From contig JBAZQS010000002.1 of the NCBI GenBank assembly GCA_041645075.1, positions 693 to 64,692 on the forward strand: a DNA stretch of 64,000 nucleotides, written 5' to 3'. This document shows, piece after piece, positions 49,267 through 59,962 of this stretch (within the stretch, counting starts at the first letter, position 1; the number at the start of each line of letters is the position of its first letter). The notes beneath the pieces were generated by a model that saw only the letters and a program-made list of their open reading frames with translations, was not told the origin of the DNA and did no database searches. The DNA comes from Patescibacteria group bacterium. GTDB lineage: Bacteria; Patescibacteriota; Patescibacteriia; 2-01-FULL-39-33. The translations under genes were made by a program, and so were the position numbers.

Positions 49267-49400
49267 GGACATATTAAGAATAAATCAGGACATTACAATA
49301 TTTGAAGTTCCTCACTAGGGCGGTAGTCCAGTATTCTGGGTTTATCGCCGTAGTGAGGACATTTAAAGCAAAATCCAAAGTATCTTGAAAGGAGATTCTA

Positions 49401-49547
49401 ATGAGAATGAAAATCCGAAAGCCAATGGGAACCGTTGTCCTGCTGGTGGCTCTCGCCATCTTCAACTTCTGTGCGGCAAGTTGGATGGGAGTCGCGAGCG
49501 GACTGCTCCTGCTGTCGCTCGTGCTCTACATCTACAGGACTCATTGA
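49401..49547 (+). CDS. 48-aa hydrophobic small membrane peptide (type-I-toxin-like)
   Basis: GAAAGGAG RBS 6 nt before the ATG. MRMKIRKPMGTVVLLVALAIFNFCAASWMGVASGLLLLSLVLYIYRTH. GC-rich codons. Confidence 0.5.
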   Translation: MRMKIRKPMGTVVLLVALAIFNFCAASWMGVASGLLLLSLVLYIYRTH

Positions 49548-50024
49548 GTAGGGGAGCGTCTGAGGTGAAAAACACCAAAAGACGCTCTCCCACAAAACCA
49601 TTTTGCGAATTTAGATTGGCAAAATAGTTTTGGAGAGGACATTACAATATTTGGAGCCATAATTTAGAGGAGGGGGAGAGTATTAGCGCCAATCTATCTA
49701 AAAGGATTCTTATTGGGTTTACTCAATATCAATCCTTTATAAAATAGCGGCGCCTGCCGCTCTCGGTAAATTTCAGGTCACAAACAATTTATTGTAAGGA
49801 CCGGAAGAAATTTAACCATCCTCTATATTATCGCTCTAAATGTTGTATGTTTTTTCCCTTCTTGATGATGGCCATTAACCTGCCTCGGCCACTTACTTCC
49901 ACCCTCCTAAATCCCCGCCCCGACGTCACGTCTGGGCACTTCCCACCGTCTCGCGAGAGCGAGACACAAAAGCGAGTAGAGAATTTTATAAAGAAATTTG
50001 AAGCTCGCTTTTTTCTTTGGTATT

Positions 50025-50134
50025 GTCATTGCGAGAAGGCGTACTCGCCGACGAAGCAATCTAAATTTAAAAACAAGATTGCTTCGTTGGATTACCTCCT
50101 CGCAATGACAATTCGACGGGGCGCAATGACAAAA
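50025..50134. repeat. Palindromic repeat family A, second copy
   Basis: TTGTCATTGCGAG...CTCGCAATGACAA plus a third GCAATGACAA arm; shares the gattgcttcg core with 885-966. Confidence 0.75.
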
Positions 50135-50387
50135 AAAATATTTTTCAACAGCCAAGCCCTTGACAAGCGATTATTTATTGTTTTTGGTTTTATTTGGTGC
50201 TATAATCTTGGGAAGGGAAGGACTTCACATTGGAATATTATAATTGCGCTTTCCTAAATGCTATTTAGGATAATTGCTTTAGCGCAATTTCTCAATATTC
50301 TAATTCGTCCCTCTCCAGATCCCGCCCACTGGGCGGGATCTTTTATTTATGATATAATAAAACATATAAAACATTAAAAAGTAAAAT

Positions 50388-50768
50388 ATGACCCTCAAAC
50401 AATTAATGATTATAATGTTCTTTGCCACGATGATTTGCTGGGCGATTTGGGTCGCGGTTCTGTTTCAAATAGATCCAAATGAGAGCGGCATCACTGGCTT
50501 TTTTATGTTTTATGCCAGTTTATTTTTTGCGCTTTTGGGAAGTTTTTTTCTGGCCAGTTTCGGCTGGAGAAAACTCTTCAGCAAATTCGTGATGGATTAC
50601 AAAATAGTCGCCACCTCATTCAGGCAATCCATATTCTTCGCCCTCTTGGTGGTTGGCATTTTATTATTGCAAAGCAAGGACTTATTGACCTGGTGGAATA
50701 TCATTTTAATAATCGCGGCCTTGACCATAATTGAAAGTTTATTTTTAAGCGCCAGAAGGCAGATCTGA
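50388..50768 (+). CDS. Hypothetical small membrane protein
   Basis: Hydrophobic ORF with 3-4 predicted TM. Confidence 0.5.
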   Translation: MTLKQLMIIMFFATMICWAIWVAVLFQIDPNESGITGFFMFYASLFFALLGSFFLASFGWRKLFSKFVMDYKIVATSFRQSIFFALLVVGILLLQSKDLLTWWNIILIIAALTIIESLFLSARRQI

Positions 50769-50769
50769 T

Positions 50770-51804
50770 ATGGAGAAAAAATTAAATAAATTAAAAGAAG
50801 GTTTTTCTAAGGCCATGGAGCAGATAAAAACATTAGCCGAACTGGAAGAATTGGAAAATAAATTTTTGAGCCGAAAAAACGGGGCTTTGACCTTGCTTTT
50901 AAAAGAGCTGAAGGACTTGTCCAAAGAAGAAGTGGCTGCTGTTGGCAAATTAGCCAATGAAGTTAAAAATTATATAAACGAACAAATCGCTTTGTTTAAT
51001 AATAAATTAAGCGGCCGGAAAAACGGCGGCGTGGCTTTTGATATTACCTTGCCGGGCCAGCCGCCGGCACTTGGCCATCTTCATTTGGTCACTCAAGCAA
51101 TCCGAGAAATTTCTTCCATATTTGAAAAAATCGGTTTTGAGCGCGTAAGGTATCCGGAAGTTGAATGGGATTATTATGCTTTTGAATCCTTAAATATGCC
51201 TCTAGACCATCCGGCCAGAGACGAATGGGAGACATTTTTTATTGACCGCCAACCTATAAACAAAAAATACGGCCAGCGGATTTTAACGCCCCATACCTCA
51301 TCCGGCCAAGTGCGAGAAATGGAAAAGGGCAAACTGCCGATCAGGATGATGAATATTTCCAAATGCTATCGCCGGCAAATGGATGTTTCTCATGTTCCGA
51401 TGTTTCATCAATTTGAGGGCTTGGTCATTGATAAGGATATTAATATTACGCATTTAAAAGGGACGATAGAATATTTTGTAAAACAGTTTTTCGGGCCGGA
51501 CCGGGAAATCCGCTTGCGCCCGCACCATTTTCAGTTTACCGAACCGAGTTTTGAAATTGATGTCAGTTGCGGTGTTTGCGGCGGCAAGGGCTGTAAAATG
51601 TGCAAAGAGGGCTGGCTTGAATTGGCCGGTTCGGGTATGGTGCATCCCAATGTTTTGAAAGCCGGCGGCGTTGACCCGACCAAATACAGCGGCTTTGCCT
51701 TCGGCTGGGGCGTGGAAAGATGCTATCTAATGAAATCCGGACTTAATATTGATGATATTCGGTTGATGTATAAAAATGATTTGCGATTTTTACAGCAATT
51801 TTGA
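50770..51804 (+). CDS. pheS: Phenylalanine--tRNA ligase alpha subunit
   Basis: MFHQFEGLVID class II motif. Confidence 0.9.
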   Translation: MEKKLNKLKEGFSKAMEQIKTLAELEELENKFLSRKNGALTLLLKELKDLSKEEVAAVGKLANEVKNYINEQIALFNNKLSGRKNGGVAFDITLPGQPPALGHLHLVTQAIREISSIFEKIGFERVRYPEVEWDYYAFESLNMPLDHPARDEWETFFIDRQPINKKYGQRILTPHTSSGQVREMEKGKLPIRMMNISKCYRRQMDVSHVPMFHQFEGLVIDKDINITHLKGTIEYFVKQFFGPDREIRLRPHHFQFTEPSFEIDVSCGVCGGKGCKMCKEGWLELAGSGMVHPNVLKAGGVDPTKYSGFAFGWGVERCYLMKSGLNIDDIRLMYKNDLRFLQQF

Positions 51805-51850
51805 TTTTTTCCTCCCCCGTAATTCGTAATTTGAAATTCGTAATTAAAAT

Positions 51851-54211
51851 ATGAACCTAAATATTTCCTACAACTGGCTCAAAGAATACCTCGCCACAAA
51901 AAAATCAGCTCACGAATTCGCCAAGGAAATTTCCTTATGCGGACCGTCCGTGGATTTTATTACCGAAAAAAAAGTAAACTTTGAAAAAGTGGTAGTTGGT
52001 CAAATTTTAGAATTAGAAAGACATCCGGACGCTAATAAATTAAATGTTTGTAAGGTAAATATCGGCAAAGAAATATTAACTATTATCTGCGGGGCGCCAA
52101 ATATAAAGATCGGTCAAAAAGTGCCGGTGGTTTTGGTTGGCGGCAAAGTGGGGGATATACAAGTTACCAAGGCAAAAATCAGGGGCAGGGAAAGCTTTGG
52201 CATGATGTGCTCGCAAAAAGAATTGGGTATAAGCGATGAACATGCCGGCATTTATATTTTGCCGGATTATGTGGAAATTGGTTTGCCCTTGGAAAAAATA
52301 ATTCCCCTGCAGGATTATATTTTTGATTTGGAAATTACTTCTAATCGCCCCGACGCCATGAGCATAATCGGCGTGGCTAGAGAGGCCTCGGCCATTATGG
52401 CGGAAAAATTTTTATACAAAGAGCCAACACCAAATTTAAAAATTTATAAAAACGTTAAGCTATCTGTCTCCATTAAAGAGCCAAGCCATTGTCCCAGATA
52501 TCAGGCCGTGGTCATGACTGATATTAAGGTTGACTCTTCGCCCCTTTGGGTCCAGCAAAGATTGCTTTCGGCCGGACTTCGGCCGATAAATAATCTGGTA
52601 GATATTACTAATTATATTTTACTTGAATTCGGCCAGCCAATACATGTTTTTGATTATGAAAAACTGCAAGGCCGGGAAATTATTGTCCGTTTAGCCAAAA
52701 AAGGTGAAAAAATATTGGCGCTTGACGGCAAAATATACGAGTTAAATCCGGAAAATTTAGTAATTGCTGATTCTAAAAATCCGGTAGCGGTGGCGGGGGT
52801 TATGGGTGGCGAGTCCTCGGCGGCTCATAGTGAAACAAAAATCATTGTTTTTGAAGCCGCCAATTTTGACCCGGTTTCTGTTCGCAAAACCGCCAGGGTC
52901 TTAAATTTACATTCGGATAGTTCAAATTTATTTGAAAAGGATTTAAGCCCGGAAGGAACGTATCCCGCCTTATTAAGAGCCATAGAATTGACCGGGGAAT
53001 TGGCGGGCGGAAAATTGGCTTCAAAAATTTTTGATGTAAAGAATTATAAAGAAAAAAAGAGGGAAATTAAATTAGCCGTGGAAAATGTAAATAAAATTCT
53101 TGGCATTGAGCTTAAAAAAGACAAAGTGAAAAGCATTTTAGAGGGTCTGGGGTTTAAGGTATCAGAAAGCGCCAAAATAATGGCGGTAAGCGTTCCTTGG
53201 TGGCGGGATAAAGACATTGAAGGCGAACACGATTTAATTGAAGAGGTGGCCAGAATTTACGGCTATCATAAACTGCCGTCTCATTTGCCAGCCGGGGAAA
53301 TTCCGATTAATTATTCCGCGGGAAAAGAATTTTTAATAGAAGACAAGACAAAAGATATTTTAGCGGGTTTGGGCTTTGCCGAAAATTATAATTATTCATT
53401 TATTTCCGAGAAGCTAATCAAAAATTGCTTATTAAATATTAACGACCATATAAAAATTTCCAATCCGTTGAATTTGGATTTTGAATATATGCGAACCACG
53501 CTTATTGCCGGCATATTGCAAGCCGTTGAGGAAAACGAAAGTAATTTTGAAAAAATAAAAATATTTGAATTGAGCGGAGTTTATATTAAAAAAGAAAATG
53601 ATTTGCCCGATGAAACAATGAATTTATGCTTGGTACTGGCTGGAAGCAATAAAGAGGAGGCTTATTTTGAATTGAAGGGCGCCTTAATTGGCTTGTTTAA
53701 GAGATTGAATATTGCGGATTATGATTTTAAGGCGGTTGAGGGTGGCGGATATTGGCAAAAAAATCAGGTCTTAGAGATAAAGGCGGGGGGCAACTCGGTG
53801 GGCAAGATTGGCTCAATCAACCAAGAAATTTTATATTTATTTGGCCTAAAAAAATCCGTGGCGGCCGCGGAAATTGATTTTGCCAAATTAATGGCGGCCA
53901 TTAAAACCAGTCCAACTTATACGCCGTTACCAAAATTTCCGGGCCTCGATTTGGATTTATCAATGGAAATAGACCAGAGCGTTCCTTATGCTGATATAGT
54001 AAGCTCGGTCAAGGAATTAGACCCGTTGATTAAGGATATTTTATTTTTATCACAATACCGGGGCGAGAAAGTGGCCGACGGGAAAAAGGCGGTGGCCATA
54101 AGAGTTGTTTATTTAGACGAAAATAAAACCTTAAAATTGGAAGAAGCGCAAAGTATTCACCATCGGGTTGTGGAAGAATTGAAAAAGAGGTATAATATAA
54201 AAGTAAGATAA
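51851..54211 (+). CDS. pheT: Phenylalanine--tRNA ligase beta subunit
   Basis: N-terminal MNLNISYNWLKEYL; tRNA-binding and B3/4 domain order. Confidence 0.9.
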   Translation: MNLNISYNWLKEYLATKKSAHEFAKEISLCGPSVDFITEKKVNFEKVVVGQILELERHPDANKLNVCKVNIGKEILTIICGAPNIKIGQKVPVVLVGGKVGDIQVTKAKIRGRESFGMMCSQKELGISDEHAGIYILPDYVEIGLPLEKIIPLQDYIFDLEITSNRPDAMSIIGVAREASAIMAEKFLYKEPTPNLKIYKNVKLSVSIKEPSHCPRYQAVVMTDIKVDSSPLWVQQRLLSAGLRPINNLVDITNYILLEFGQPIHVFDYEKLQGREIIVRLAKKGEKILALDGKIYELNPENLVIADSKNPVAVAGVMGGESSAAHSETKIIVFEAANFDPVSVRKTARVLNLHSDSSNLFEKDLSPEGTYPALLRAIELTGELAGGKLASKIFDVKNYKEKKREIKLAVENVNKILGIELKKDKVKSILEGLGFKVSESAKIMAVSVPWWRDKDIEGEHDLIEEVARIYGYHKLPSHLPAGEIPINYSAGKEFLIEDKTKDILAGLGFAENYNYSFISEKLIKNCLLNINDHIKISNPLNLDFEYMRTTLIAGILQAVEENESNFEKIKIFELSGVYIKKENDLPDETMNLCLVLAGSNKEEAYFELKGALIGLFKRLNIADYDFKAVEGGGYWQKNQVLEIKAGGNSVGKIGSINQEILYLFGLKKSVAAAEIDFAKLMAAIKTSPTYTPLPKFPGLDLDLSMEIDQSVPYADIVSSVKELDPLIKDILFLSQYRGEKVADGKKAVAIRVVYLDENKTLKLEEAQSIHHRVVEELKKRYNIKVR

Positions 54212-54306
54212 AGTTGGTAAGTTTATAAGTTTTAAGTTGCTAAGGTAAGTTTTTTAATTTAGCAAACTCTAAACTTATTAACTTAGTAACCTATTAACTT
54301 AATCCT

Positions 54307-54606
54307 ATGTTTGAATCATCAAAAGACATTTTATGGATCGTTTTGGCGTTTGTCATACTTTGGATCGGCGTGTTTGCGGGCTGGGGCGCTTATTATGTGG
54401 CCATGATTTTGCGCGATGTCTACCGGATTACCGGCAGTTTGCGCCGGAAAATTGAGTTAATTGACCAAATTTTAAAAACCATAAAGGAGAAAACCGAAAA
54501 AACCGCCAATTATGTGCCACCCTTAATTGAGGGCGTCAGCAAGATAGTAGAGCATTTTATGGAGAAAAAGAGGGTAAAGGAGAAAAAGAAAAAGGCCAAA
54601 GATTAG
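54307..54606 (+). CDS. Hypothetical small membrane protein
   Basis: ORF with a TM; terminator hairpin at 54615-54650. Confidence 0.45.
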   Translation: MFESSKDILWIVLAFVILWIGVFAGWGAYYVAMILRDVYRITGSLRRKIELIDQILKTIKEKTEKTANYVPPLIEGVSKIVEHFMEKKRVKEKKKKAKD

Positions 54607-54718
54607 AAAGAATCAATCCCCCCGCCTCTCGCGAGAGACGGGGGGATTTTTAAGTACTTGTAAAAAGTATTACAATTTAGTAAAATAAAACCATTACAAT
54701 GACCTTATTTTTATAATT

Positions 54719-56167
54719 ATGCCAGAAAAATTAAGCGAACAAGAAGTTCGACTAAAAAAGCTAAAGGCCATAAGGCAAGCCGGGATAAATCCTTATCCGG
54801 AAAAATTTGATAAACAAATAGATTTAGCCGAAGCCAAAAAATTACCGGAAGGTACGGCCGTCAAATCAGCCGGCCGAATAATGACCATCCGCCTGATGGG
54901 TAAAATCGCCTTTTGCCATTTGCAGGATTTTTCTGGCCAAATGCAGGCGGTTTTAAAAGAAGATGAAATTGGCGCCGATAGTTTTAAATTTTTTGTGGAT
55001 TATATTGATCTGGCCGATTTTATCGGGGTTGAGGGCGAGATATTTACCACTAAAAAGGGCGAGATTTCTGTTTTAGTTAAAAAATATCAATTATTGGCCA
55101 AGGCAATTTTACCATTACCGGAAAAATGGCATGGCCTTAAAGACAAGGAAATTAGGTATCGCCAAAGATATTTGGATTTGATTATGAATCCAGAAGTTAA
55201 GGAAGTATTTTTAAAGCGGGAAAGAGCCATCAATCTGATTAGAGAATTTTTATTAAAACAAAATTTTCATGAAGTGGAGACGCCACTACTCCAGCCGCTT
55301 TACGGCGGCGCCGAAGCCCAGCCATTTATTACCAAATTAAACGCCTTGGATATTAAGTTATATCTTTCTATCTCACCGGAAATTTACCTTAAAAAACTTT
55401 TGGTGGGCGGCATTGATAAAATATTTACTATCTGTAAAAATTTCCGCAATGAGGGCATAGACAAGTGGCATAATCCGGAATTTACCATGATGGAAGTCTA
55501 TGCTTCTTATTGGGACTATAACGACATTAGAAAATTAACCGAAAATTTATTAGAAAAACTGGCCAAAGAGATAACGGGCAATACAAAAATAAATTATCAG
55601 GGTCAAGAAATTGACTTTAAAGCGCCTTTCCAGTGTATAACGCTAAAGAAAGCCATAAAAAAATATGCCGGCATTAATCCCGATGATGAAAAAGTCATAA
55701 AAGAAGAGGCAAAAAAACTTGGAATAAAAGGCGCGCACGATGAAATGCTTGAAGCTATATTTAAAGAGAGGGTGGAATCAAAATTAATTCAGCCGACATT
55801 TATTACGGATTATCCAAAATCAATTTGTCCCTTGACCAAAGAGCATAGAAAAAATAAAGATGAGGTTGAAAGGTTTGAACTATTTGTTAATGGCGTAGAG
55901 CTGGCTAATGCTTATTCGGAATTAAACGATCCAATTGAGCAAGAAAAACGGCTCAAAGAACAAATGGGGCGTCGTGAACGATTGGAAAAATTTAAAACGC
56001 ACTTGGAAGCCAATGTTTTAGATGATGATTTTATTGAAGCCATGAAACACGGCATGCCGCCGGCCGGGGGATTGGGCCTGGGTATTGATCGTCTAGTTTT
56101 ATTATTGACCGATTCACCATCAATTAGAGATGTAATTTTATTCCCATTTATGAGGCCACAAGAATAA
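54719..56167 (+). CDS. lysS: Lysine--tRNA ligase (class II)
   Basis: N-terminal EQEVRLKKLKAIRQAGINPYP; FELFVNGVELANAYSELNDP. Confidence 0.9.
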   Translation: MPEKLSEQEVRLKKLKAIRQAGINPYPEKFDKQIDLAEAKKLPEGTAVKSAGRIMTIRLMGKIAFCHLQDFSGQMQAVLKEDEIGADSFKFFVDYIDLADFIGVEGEIFTTKKGEISVLVKKYQLLAKAILPLPEKWHGLKDKEIRYRQRYLDLIMNPEVKEVFLKRERAINLIREFLLKQNFHEVETPLLQPLYGGAEAQPFITKLNALDIKLYLSISPEIYLKKLLVGGIDKIFTICKNFRNEGIDKWHNPEFTMMEVYASYWDYNDIRKLTENLLEKLAKEITGNTKINYQGQEIDFKAPFQCITLKKAIKKYAGINPDDEKVIKEEAKKLGIKGAHDEMLEAIFKERVESKLIQPTFITDYPKSICPLTKEHRKNKDEVERFELFVNGVELANAYSELNDPIEQEKRLKEQMGRRERLEKFKTHLEANVLDDDFIEAMKHGMPPAGGLGLGIDRLVLLLTDSPSIRDVILFPFMRPQE

Positions 56168-56205
56168 AAACAATAAAGCAACCTAAAAAAATATAAAATA
56201 AAAAT

Positions 56206-57471
56206 ATGCTTGATATAAAATTCATTCGGGAAAATGCCGAATTAGTTAAAGAAAATTGCAAAAACCGCTTGGCCAAAGTGGATATTGATAAATTACTGGA
56301 AGTAGATACTAAAAGAAGAGAAATGGAATTAAAAATCAGCGAATGGCGCGCCAAAAGAAATGAGGTTTCTAAAATCAAACCATCTCCGGAACAAATCGCC
56401 GAAATGAAACAGGTGGGCGAAGAAATCAAAAAATTAGAAGCCGATATTGTACCTATTGAAGAAAAATTTAGAAATTTATGGCTCCAAGTGCCAAACATAA
56501 CCCATCCGGATGTGATAGTGAGCCAAAACGAAGAAGATAATCCGGTTTTAGACACTTATAAAGAACCGACTAAATTTGATTTTGAACCATTAGACCACGT
56601 TCAATTAGCGGAAAAATTGGACTTGATTGATTTTGACCGAGCCACTAAGGTTAGCGGGGCAAAATTTTATTATCTAAAAAATGAATTGGTATTATTGGAA
56701 TTTGCTTTAATTCAATATGCCTTAAATACTGTTACTAAGCACGGGTTTATTCCATTTTCCACTCCGGATTTGGCCAAGCAGGAAATTTTGGAAGGCCTGG
56801 GATTTAATCCGAGAGGGGAGTCAACCCAGATTTATAATATAGAAAATAGCGATTTAAGCTTGATTGGCACCGCGGAAATCACTATGGGCGGTTATCATAT
56901 GGATGAGATTTTAGACGCCGCTGAATTGCCAAAAAAATACGTGGCCATTTCTCATTGCTTTAGGACCGAAGCCGGCAGCTATTCAAAATTTACCAAAGGC
57001 ATTTTCCGCGTTCATCAATTCACAAAAGTAGAAATGTTCCAATATGTTTTGCCCGGTGAAAGCGAAAAAGCCCATCAAGAATTATTGGCGATTGAGAGAG
57101 AAATTTTTGAGGGCTTAGAAATACCATTTAGAGTTATTGACCATTGCACGGCTGATTTGGGCGGTCCAGCCATAAGAACTTTTGATTTAGAGGCCTGGCT
57201 GCCGGGGAAACCAGGCAAAAATAACAAGAAAGGGGATTGGGCCGAAATTACCTCAACCTCTAATTGCGCTGACTATCAAGCCAGGGGATTAAACATAAAA
57301 TATAAAACAGTTGACGGCAAAAAAGAATATGTTCATATGATTAATGGCACGGCCATTGCCGTTGGCCGGACGCTGATTGCCATTATGGAAAATAATCAGC
57401 AAGTAAATGGCAGTATTTTAGTGCCTAAAATATTACAAAAATATTGCGGCTTTAAAATAATAAAAAGATAA
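56206..57471 (+). CDS. serS: Serine--tRNA ligase
   Basis: MLDIKFIRENAELVKE start; class II motifs. Confidence 0.9.
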   Translation: MLDIKFIRENAELVKENCKNRLAKVDIDKLLEVDTKRREMELKISEWRAKRNEVSKIKPSPEQIAEMKQVGEEIKKLEADIVPIEEKFRNLWLQVPNITHPDVIVSQNEEDNPVLDTYKEPTKFDFEPLDHVQLAEKLDLIDFDRATKVSGAKFYYLKNELVLLEFALIQYALNTVTKHGFIPFSTPDLAKQEILEGLGFNPRGESTQIYNIENSDLSLIGTAEITMGGYHMDEILDAAELPKKYVAISHCFRTEAGSYSKFTKGIFRVHQFTKVEMFQYVLPGESEKAHQELLAIEREIFEGLEIPFRVIDHCTADLGGPAIRTFDLEAWLPGKPGKNNKKGDWAEITSTSNCADYQARGLNIKYKTVDGKKEYVHMINGTAIAVGRTLIAIMENNQQVNGSILVPKILQKYCGFKIIKR

Positions 57472-57532
57472 AAAAATCCGATACGCCCTTGGGGAGTATC
57501 GGATTAAGGTGCATAAATCGGATGATTTTCTG

Positions 57533-57844
57533 TTAATTGGGGCAGTTAAGAATGGCTTTCATAATATCATTAAAGCAATCCGGCGGCAGGGCCTTGATTT
57601 GAGCCGCCACATCCGGAAACCTGGAAGCGGTCATAAAAAGCTCATCAAGACCACTGCCCAATGCTCTAATAATTTGCTGCCTTGGCATCCCATCTCTTAG
57701 CGCCTGCAAACATGCTCGTTTGGTTTGCTTGACGGCGGTGGTTGTGCAGCAGGTTGATGCCAGCCCCTTTATGGTATATACATCCGATTTGAAATTCAAA
57801 AGAACGGGAATTGACGGCGCGGGCACTTCATAGACCGTTTTCAT
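57533..57844 (-). CDS. Hypothetical protein
   Basis: AAAGGAAGGA RBS upstream on the minus strand; GC-rich. Confidence 0.45.
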   Translation of the reverse strand: MKTVYEVPAPSIPVLLNFKSDVYTIKGLASTCCTTTAVKQTKRACLQALRDGMPRQQIIRALGSGLDELFMTASRFPDVAAQIKALPPDCFNDIMKAILNCPN

Positions 57845-58002
57845 AAAAATCCTTCCTTTCAGTTTCGGGTTACCAGGTTTATGTTTGTGCTATCGAGCAA
57901 ATTATTTATATCATTAGAATTATCAATTGTCAACCCCATTAGAGAAAAGCGCCACTTCGAAGAGGGCGGATCTCTAACGGGGTCAACCCCTCTTTAATTA
58001 TT

Positions 58003-58890
58003 ATGCTGACGGAAAATTTTTTCGCCAAAGGCGGAGAAAAAAATTCAGACCGGGATTTTAGCCAAAATAAGGCACTAATAAGCCGCAGTCAAGTTAAAAA
58101 GGACTATTTAAAAAAGGATTTTGCCAATCCTTATTTTGTTAAAAACAAAAAGCCGGCTGGTTTTAACACCAAGTTTTATTTGAAAATTTTTTTCATTATA
58201 TTGATTATTTATATTTTAATTTACAGCGATTTATTCAAGATAAAAAATCTCGCCATCCAAGGCACGGAAATGATTAGACCAGAAGAATTGACGGCGTTAA
58301 TCAATAACAAATTAAATACTCGGCGTTGGTTTTTAATACCGCGAAGAAATTTATTTTTCTACGATAAAAGCGATTTACAAAAAGCGATTAAGGCCAAATA
58401 TAATTTAAGCGCGTTAGAAATAAAGAGGGGTTGGCAATCATTGACCATTAAAATAAAAGAAAAAATTTCTTATCTGATAGTTTATAATTTGGGCGACCAA
58501 CGTTTTTATTTGGCTGATATGGCAGGAGCGGTGGATGAAGAAATACCCAAAGAGGGGATAGCGGAATTTTGGCAGCGTTTTCCTATTTTAAACATCAACA
58601 ATCAAGAGATTAAAATAGGCGAGAATATTATTACCGCAAAAATGGTCAATTACATTTTGGACCTGGATAAAAATTTAAAATCCCAGCCCTTTAATATTCA
58701 GGGCTATGAAAAAGAGGGAATTGATGAGGTCTCCGCCGTAATGAAAGAGGGCTGGCGAGCGCGTTTTGACGTTAATTCTAATATTAAGGACTCGGTGGAA
58801 AATTTATTATTGGTTTATAATAAAATAGACAAATCAAAAACAATTGAATACATTGATTTAAGATTCGGCAATAAAGTTTTTTATAAATAG
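58003..58890 (+). CDS. FtsQ/DivIB-like cell division protein (POTRA)
   Basis: Cytoplasmic tail, TM, then IKNLAIQGTEMIRPEEL...LEIKRGWQSLTIKIKE POTRA-like pattern. Confidence 0.55.
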   Translation: MLTENFFAKGGEKNSDRDFSQNKALISRSQVKKDYLKKDFANPYFVKNKKPAGFNTKFYLKIFFIILIIYILIYSDLFKIKNLAIQGTEMIRPEELTALINNKLNTRRWFLIPRRNLFFYDKSDLQKAIKAKYNLSALEIKRGWQSLTIKIKEKISYLIVYNLGDQRFYLADMAGAVDEEIPKEGIAEFWQRFPILNINNQEIKIGENIITAKMVNYILDLDKNLKSQPFNIQGYEKEGIDEVSAVMKEGWRARFDVNSNIKDSVENLLLVYNKIDKSKTIEYIDLRFGNKVFYK

Positions 58891-58981
58891 CCATGTCATC
58901 CAAGGTGGGGATAGGTGGATTTGACTGCTTATCAAAGATAATTATATAATAAATATAACTTCGCATAACACGGGATAACCG

Positions 58982-59962
58982 TTGATACGGCCATTAAATT
59001 ATATGAAAAAATCCGAAACTTCCATAATTAAACACATTCCTACTTTTCTTGAGTATTGTGAGGTGGAAAAGGGTTTAAGCCCCGTTTCAACCCATAATTA
59101 CCATAATTTCCTTAAGCCGTTTGTGGAATGGCTCAAAATACATAAATTAGACCAAATTAAGCCCCATAATCTTAGTCCGGATCATATTTGGGATTACCGT
59201 CTTTATCTATCTCATAAAAAGGATTATAAAGGTCAGTATATTAAAAAAACGAGCCAAAGTTATTATTTACGAGCATTGCGCAATTTACTTAATTACTTTG
59301 CTAATAGAGATATTATATCTTTATCCGCGGAAAAAATTAAATTACCAAAGTTAACCGACAAAGATAAAAAAATTAAATTTTTAAAATTTGAACAAGTGGA
59401 AAAATTAATGGCCATGCCAGATTCAAATATCATTTCTGGCTTAAGGGATAGAGCCATTTTAGAAATACTATTCTCTACTGGTTTGCGAGTATCCGAATTA
59501 ACTTCGCTTAACGCTAAATTTTTTAATTTACAAGAATTAAAAAAACATCAAAAAGATGGGTTGGAATTTACAATTTATGGAAAGGGTGGAGTGGCTAGGC
59601 CGGTATTTATTTCAGAATGCGCCCTATCTTGGCTTATAAGATATATGGAAAAGAGAAAAGATATGTTCGCTCCCCTATTTATTAATTATCAAAAAAATAA
59701 TAGTGCCGATTGTGACCATCGACTATCTTCTAGGTCGGTCGAATCCATTGTTAAAAAATATGCAGTAATGGCCGGCTTACCCGTGGATGCGACACCACAC
59801 ACCCTGCGGCACAGCTATGCCACCGACTTATTAAATCAAGGAGCGGATTTAAGATCGGTTCAAGAGCTTTTGGGTCATAAAGATATTGGCACGACTCAAA
59901 TTTATACACACGTAACTAATAAAAGACTAAAAGATGTTTATAAAAAATACCATAGCGTATAA
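58982..59962 (+). CDS. Tyrosine recombinase (XerC/XerD-like integrase)
   Basis: HTLRHSYATDLLNQGADLRSVQELLGHKDIGTTQIYTHV with the catalytic Y. Confidence 0.85.
   Translation: MIRPLNYMKKSETSIIKHIPTFLEYCEVEKGLSPVSTHNYHNFLKPFVEWLKIHKLDQIKPHNLSPDHIWDYRLYLSHKKDYKGQYIKKTSQSYYLRALRNLLNYFANRDIISLSAEKIKLPKLTDKDKKIKFLKFEQVEKLMAMPDSNIISGLRDRAILEILFSTGLRVSELTSLNAKFFNLQELKKHQKDGLEFTIYGKGGVARPVFISECALSWLIRYMEKRKDMFAPLFINYQKNNSADCDHRLSSRSVESIVKKYAVMAGLPVDATPHTLRHSYATDLLNQGADLRSVQELLGHKDIGTTQIYTHVTNKRLKDVYKKYHSV

Noticed and set aside
49847-50257. 136-aa + ORF
   Set aside because: It spans the family B palindrome and the family A MITE copy, and its peptide (NPRPDVTSGH...) is the same repeat-derived string seen in another spurious ORF at 20719-20937.
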